Of a stretch of 64,000 nt of DNA, positions 61,652 to 64,000 are shown one piece after another. The stretch covers positions 16,341 through 80,340 of the forward strand of contig CAZXWK010000006.1 of assembly GCA_964644675.1 (NCBI GenBank), written 5' to 3'. This stretch comes from an uncultured Eubacteriales bacterium (lineage in GTDB: Bacteria; Actinomycetota; Coriobacteriia; Anaerosomatales; JAAXUF01). Position numbers and translations under genes: made by a program. The first letter of the stretch is position 1, and each line of letters starts with the position of its first letter. The notes below the pieces were generated by a model that saw only the letters and a list, made by a program, of their open reading frames with translations, was not told the origin of the DNA and did no database searches.

Positions 61652-64000
61652 ATCCGACCTCGCTGGACCAAGGTCGTGCGCGACCTGCTCGCGCACAAGG
61701 TCCGCACGGTGCTCGTCGTGCTCTCGATCGCGGTGGGGATCTTCGCGGTCGCGGTGATGATGGGCGGTCGCGCGGTGCTGATCCGCGCCCTCGACCAGTC
61801 CTTCCCGCTCTCGAACCCGCCTTCGATCACCTACGGCACCACGCCGTTCGACGAGCACTTCGAGCGCACCGTCGCCGAGCAGCCCTCGGTCGCCGACGCC
61901 CAGGGGCGCCATTCCATGCAGATCAGCTACCGCGTCAACGGCGGTCCGTGGAAGAGCATCACGCTCAACGCGTTCAAGGACTACGAAGCGGTCCGTGTCG
62001 CCAGGCTCGATTTGCCGGTCGGGACCGAGTGGCCGCGGCGCGGCGAGATGCTGCTCGAGCGCGGATCGATCGCGTACTCGGGGCTCAAGGTGGGCGACAC
62101 CATCGAGTTGAAGACCGCCGAGGAGCCCAATCCCACCGTGCGCGTCAGCGGCACCGTTCACGACATCAACGCCGTGGTGCCCATGATGTCGGGCCGCTCG
62201 GTGGGCTACGTGAACTGGGACACGCTCGCCGACCTGGGTGAGACGCAGATGTTCAACCAGCTCGACGTGGTCGCGGCTGGGCAACCCAAGACGCTCGACC
62301 AAGTCACCGAGATCGGCGCGGCGCTGCGCGACGACGTCATCGAGAAGAACGGCGTCATGGTGGTGCGGATGAACGCGCACGAGCCGGGCGTCCAGAACCT
62401 CGCCGACACCTTCAAGGCGATCACGATGCTGCTCGTCGTGGTCGGCGCGATGACGCTGCTGCTCAGCGCGTTTCTCGTCGTCAACACGATCAGCGCGCTG
62501 GTCACGCAGCAGACCCGGCAGATCGGCGTGATGAAGGCGGTGGGCGCGCGTACTGGGCAGCTGGTCGGGATGTTCCTGGTCATGGTGCTCGCGTACGGCG
62601 TGTTGGGCTTGCTGGTCGCGTTGCCGCTCGGGCAGCTGGCCACCAACCGGTTCGTGGACTTCGGCAGCTCGCAGATGAACTACCTGGTCTCGGACTACCG
62701 GCTTCCCGGGCCGATCCTGGCGATCGAGCTCGCTGTCGGGCTCCTGGTCCCGCTCCTTGCGGCAGTCGTCCCGGTCGTCTCGGGCATGCGGATGCCCGTG
62801 GCCCGAGCGCTCTACACGACCGGGGGGTCGAACAAGCAGTTCGGCGACAGCCTCACCGACCGGGTGCTCGGCGGCATCCGCGGCCTGTCGCGCCCCGTCG
62901 CGCTCGCGCTGCGCAACACGTTCCGCCGAAAGGGCCGACTCGCCCTCACGCTCATCACGCTCACGCTCGCGGCGTCGGTATTCATGGCGGTGGCGAGCGT
63001 GCAGAGCTCGATCAAGCACACCGTCGATCTGGTCGGGCAGCACCGGTCGATGGACCTGTGGGCGAACTTCTACCCGCCGCAGCCCTTCGCCGAGGTCAGC
63101 CGAGAGGCCCTGCGCGTCCCCGGCGTCACCGACGTCGAGGGCTGGATGGCGCGGACCGCCGTCCGCCTTCGGCCGGGCGGGGGCGAGTCACCCTCGCTCG
63201 TCGTGCAGGGGCTGCCGCCGAACACCAAGTACATGCACCCGGAGATCCAGGAGGGGCGCTGGCTGAAGCCCGGCGACACCAACGCGATCGTCGTCGACAC
63301 CGGGGTGACCAAGTCCGATCCCGACATCACCGTCGGCAGCGTGCTCACGCTGAAGATGCGCGAGGTGGAGCGGCACTTCAAGGTGGTGGGCATCGCGCGG
63401 GGAGACCTGCTCTATCCCTACGCGTACACGCCGCATGACTACCTCGACGCGCAGTTCGGAGCCACCGGCAAGGTCGACACGATCATGATCGCCACCGACA
63501 AGCACGACGCGGCGACGCAGTCCGAGGTCGCACGAGCCCTGACCGACCGCATGTCAGAGCGGCAGATCCGTGTCGCCGAGACCATGACCCAGCGCGACCT
63601 GCAGCAGATCATCTCGGACTCGCTCAACATCATCGTGGTGTTCCTGGTGATCATGGCCGCACTGCTCGCGACGGTCGGCGGCATCGGGCTCTCAGGGACG
63701 ATGAGCATCAACGTGCTCGAGTCCACGCGCGAGATCGGCGTCATGCGCGCGGTCGGCGCGTCCAACGCGTCGATCTACCAGATCTTCATCACCGAGGCGG
63801 TCGTGGTCGGGCTGTTCTCGTGGTTGCTCGGTGTGGTGCTGAGCCTGCCGATGTCGTTGCTGCTGACAGCGGCGCTCGGCAAGGCGATGAACTTCCAGCT
63901 CACGTTCGCCTACTCGCCGAGCGGCGTCGCGCTGTGGCTCGGGTTCGTGGTTGTCATCGCGGTGCTCGCGAGCCTGCTGCCCGCCTATCGCGCGGCGCGC
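61652..64000 (+). CDS. FtsX/MacB-like ABC permease, runs off the window; apparent ATC start
   Basis: Open frame from ATC 61652 (I-R-P-R-W-T-K-V-V-R-D-L) to 64000; QQTRQIGVMKAVGA and ESTREIGVMRAVGA; in-frame TGA at 61625. Not in the ORF track because it has no stop inside the window. Confidence 0.88.
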   Translation, partial: MRPRWTKVVRDLLAHKVRTVLVVLSIAVGIFAVAVMMGGRAVLIRALDQSFPLSNPPSITYGTTPFDEHFERTVAEQPSVADAQGRHSMQISYRVNGGPWKSITLNAFKDYEAVRVARLDLPVGTEWPRRGEMLLERGSIAYSGLKVGDTIELKTAEEPNPTVRVSGTVHDINAVVPMMSGRSVGYVNWDTLADLGETQMFNQLDVVAAGQPKTLDQVTEIGAALRDDVIEKNGVMVVRMNAHEPGVQNLADTFKAITMLLVVVGAMTLLLSAFLVVNTISALVTQQTRQIGVMKAVGARTGQLVGMFLVMVLAYGVLGLLVALPLGQLATNRFVDFGSSQMNYLVSDYRLPGPILAIELAVGLLVPLLAAVVPVVSGMRMPVARALYTTGGSNKQFGDSLTDRVLGGIRGLSRPVALALRNTFRRKGRLALTLITLTLAASVFMAVASVQSSIKHTVDLVGQHRSMDLWANFYPPQPFAEVSREALRVPGVTDVEGWMARTAVRLRPGGGESPSLVVQGLPPNTKYMHPEIQEGRWLKPGDTNAIVVDTGVTKSDPDITVGSVLTLKMREVERHFKVVGIARGDLLYPYAYTPHDYLDAQFGATGKVDTIMIATDKHDAATQSEVARALTDRMSERQIRVAETMTQRDLQQIISDSLNIIVVFLVIMAALLATVGGIGLSGTMSINVLESTREIGVMRAVGASNASIYQIFITEAVVVGLFSWLLGVVLSLPMSLLLTAALGKAMNFQLTFAYSPSGVALWLGFVVVIAVLASLLPAYRAAR

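Overview
Gene-dense, high-GC bacterial window, probably from an anaerobic Actinomycetota (Coriobacteriia-like; inferred from gene content, not proven). I saw no rRNA, tRNA, CRISPR array or transposase. Contents, left to right: (1) a glutaredoxin and a FAD oxidoreductase; (2) a 9-gene HlyD/ABC-2 exporter operon with an internal TetR gene and a clear promoter/operator; (3) divergent from it, a 7.7-kb gene for a secreted ~2,500-aa multiheme cytochrome c with 15 CxxCH motifs plus one CX7CH, FN3-like repeats, two copies of a ~400-aa 'GSCPF' domain and a split, apparently circularly permuted beta-sandwich; (4) purA, a GT2, purD, a MenK/MqnK-like radical SAM enzyme, purE, an orphan pilin and a TIGR00300 protein; (5) a copper island with two P1B ATPases, msrB, cupredoxins and a His-bearing lipoprotein; (6) hisG, FtsX-type ABC genes, rubrerythrin, a PadR envelope-stress module, MBL hydrolases, an orphan radical SAM/SPASM gene, two paralogous LysR genes and several unannotated small ORFs. 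The two strongest leads are the giant cytochrome and a candidate copper-sensing ribosome-arrest leader. The leader is a Cys/Met-rich two-TM ORF with a polyproline tail whose stop codon is followed by a perfect 9-nt anti-Shine-Dalgarno that can sequester the RBS of the copper operon. Two more small-ORF/RNA-structure modules (50.6-50.85 kb and 56.1-56.6 kb), an FNR-like class II site and a gene with an ATC in place of its start codon also deserve checking. Family names come from motif recognition without database searches, and many start codons were re-chosen by RBS inspection.
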